A stretch of 64,000 bases of DNA from Ptychodera flava (lineage: Eukaryota). This document shows positions 62,901 to 64,000 of the stretch, one piece after another. The stretch lies in assembly GCF_041260155.1 (NCBI RefSeq), contig NC_091937.1, forward strand, positions 6,576,626 to 6,640,625, read 5' to 3'. The notes under the pieces were generated by a model. It was not told where the DNA came from. It did no database searches and saw nothing but the letters and a program-made list of their open reading frames with translations. The position numbers and the translations under genes were made by a program. How positions within the stretch are numbered: position 1 is the stretch's first letter; every line of letters starts with the position of its first letter.

Positions 62901-64000
62901 TTCAACTCCCGTTAATGAATTTCGCAGGGTGTAGATTCTAAATACCCGAAGAAGTTGTAAAGTTAGACGAAATAGGCAAGCATTTGTGAGAGTTTGTAAA
63001 TGCAGACGACAATCATTGCTCAGGTTCCCACAAGTACTACGCCACATCATTTGAATTCGTAAATGTTCGATCAGAACACAGTATCCTAACGATTTCTTCT
63101 CTCAATAGGTATTATTTCCCATACAAAATCATGATCACTGTCTTCATCGTCTACACTTCCCCACCGAATCATTCATGTGTCCATACTTCTAAAAACTCTT
63201 TGTCGACAAGTCATGTAAATTCGATAACGGTCAAAATGGACGCCATGTAAATTTTAGATTCAAATGCTGTTGTAGAAGGGCCGGGCTTGACCCCTACCGT
63301 GCATGCCGTAGACCTTCCGCAATTTATGCCCTCAAGAGACAGTTCTTAATAATGAGCGAAATTTCAAAGCCTTAGTAAGAAATACAATGTGAAAACGTTC
63401 TGCTTGTGGTCCGTCTCTGATCATGACTTGTGACTGGTGTATCAGAAGGGGAGGTCACCCGATAAAAGCTGATTTATTCAATTCTGTAACTGAGATATAG
63501 AGATTCGTCAGCGTTGGTCGCATTTCTCGTCAGCCTTTGTAATGCGGAAAGTAGTGTACTGGTGTGTAAGTTTTATGTCGTATGATTTTTACGATTAATT
63601 TGCTTTAAGAATTCATGGAAGCCCTATGATGTTATTTCCTATCTGTTCCACTGGGGGGTCTTTTGGAAGCCCTTACAGTCACTTGCTTTGTGAATATGTT
63701 AATGATAGAGTAATGTGTGTGGCACTGAATAGCTTCCCATTTACTTGTCCAAACAGACCAAACACAGCACTGGATTTCTAAGTTTACATGAACTGCTGCA
63801 GAATAGTTTTGTGTCAGGTAGTGACAAATACAATTTATCAATTGCATCGGAATGTAAAATCCATGCAGTGTAAATTGTCTTTCATGCCAAATTTATAATA
63901 CCACAATTTGGACTAATGTAGACACAATTTCAAGTGTTTCAGTGCACAAGTACTAGTAGAAAAAGTGTACCGTGGACTTTTTTCACCATTTATGACAGAT

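Noticed and set aside
1-64000. Prokaryotic-style novel system (defence island, CRISPR array, operon)
   Set aside because: Sequence composition, ubiquitous GT-AG introns, satellites, SINE/MITE content and an ARL13B orthologue show this is metazoan nuclear DNA. The 40-bp and 152-bp tandem arrays lack the repeat / unique-spacer alternation of CRISPR.

Overview
This window is eukaryotic (metazoan) nuclear DNA, not a prokaryotic locus. It is AT-rich, carries GT...AG introns with polypyrimidine tracts, micro-, mini- and satellite repeats, foldback/MITE-like elements and two CpG-rich islands. The six-frame ORF track accepts TTG/GTG/CTG starts and reads through introns, so it is mostly misleading here.

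I can support two multi-exon genes, both on the minus strand.

(1) An ARL13B orthologue (ciliary ARF-like GTPase) at ~60356 down to 45697. It has nine coding exons that are phase-consistent end to end. The G1 P-loop GLDNAGKT, the family-typical DLGGG switch-II motif, the NKQD G4 motif and the coiled-coil segment all line up with my recollection of vertebrate ARL13B. Exons 6-7 add a large lineage-specific K/D/E/S-rich block, which I infer is an insertion.

(2) A large coiled-coil / Ser-rich protein gene whose exons run from ~11231 down to at least 746. Nine phase-consistent exons were found. The product could not be named.

The 5' end of ARL13B sits in a CpG island (60.36-61.2 kb) that may be bidirectional. 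A second CpG island (39.7-41.1 kb) has only weakly supported exons. The interval 12-39.7 kb is gene-poor and repeat-rich.

Transposon-like content is the most distinctive feature:
- a 2.6-kb non-autonomous Tc1-like element with ~290-bp terminal inverted repeats (TIRs) and a TA target-site duplication (TSD);
- two near-perfect long palindromes / foldback elements inside ARL13B introns;
- a tRNA-related SINE;
- a TTAA-flanked MITE family with CCCTTTCAC termini;
- two inverted copies of a tetranucleotide-microsatellite plus ~152-bp-satellite element of the kind described as pearl / Helentron-associated satellites in bivalves. This weakly suggests a mollusc source.

One structure stands out: an 18-copy 40-bp minisatellite in an ARL13B intron is a tandem amplification of the exon-4 3' end plus its GTAAGT donor, so it is an array of 18 potential splice donors.

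All coordinates were derived by hand and may be off by 1-2 bp. No database search was possible; orthology calls rest on recalled protein sequences.
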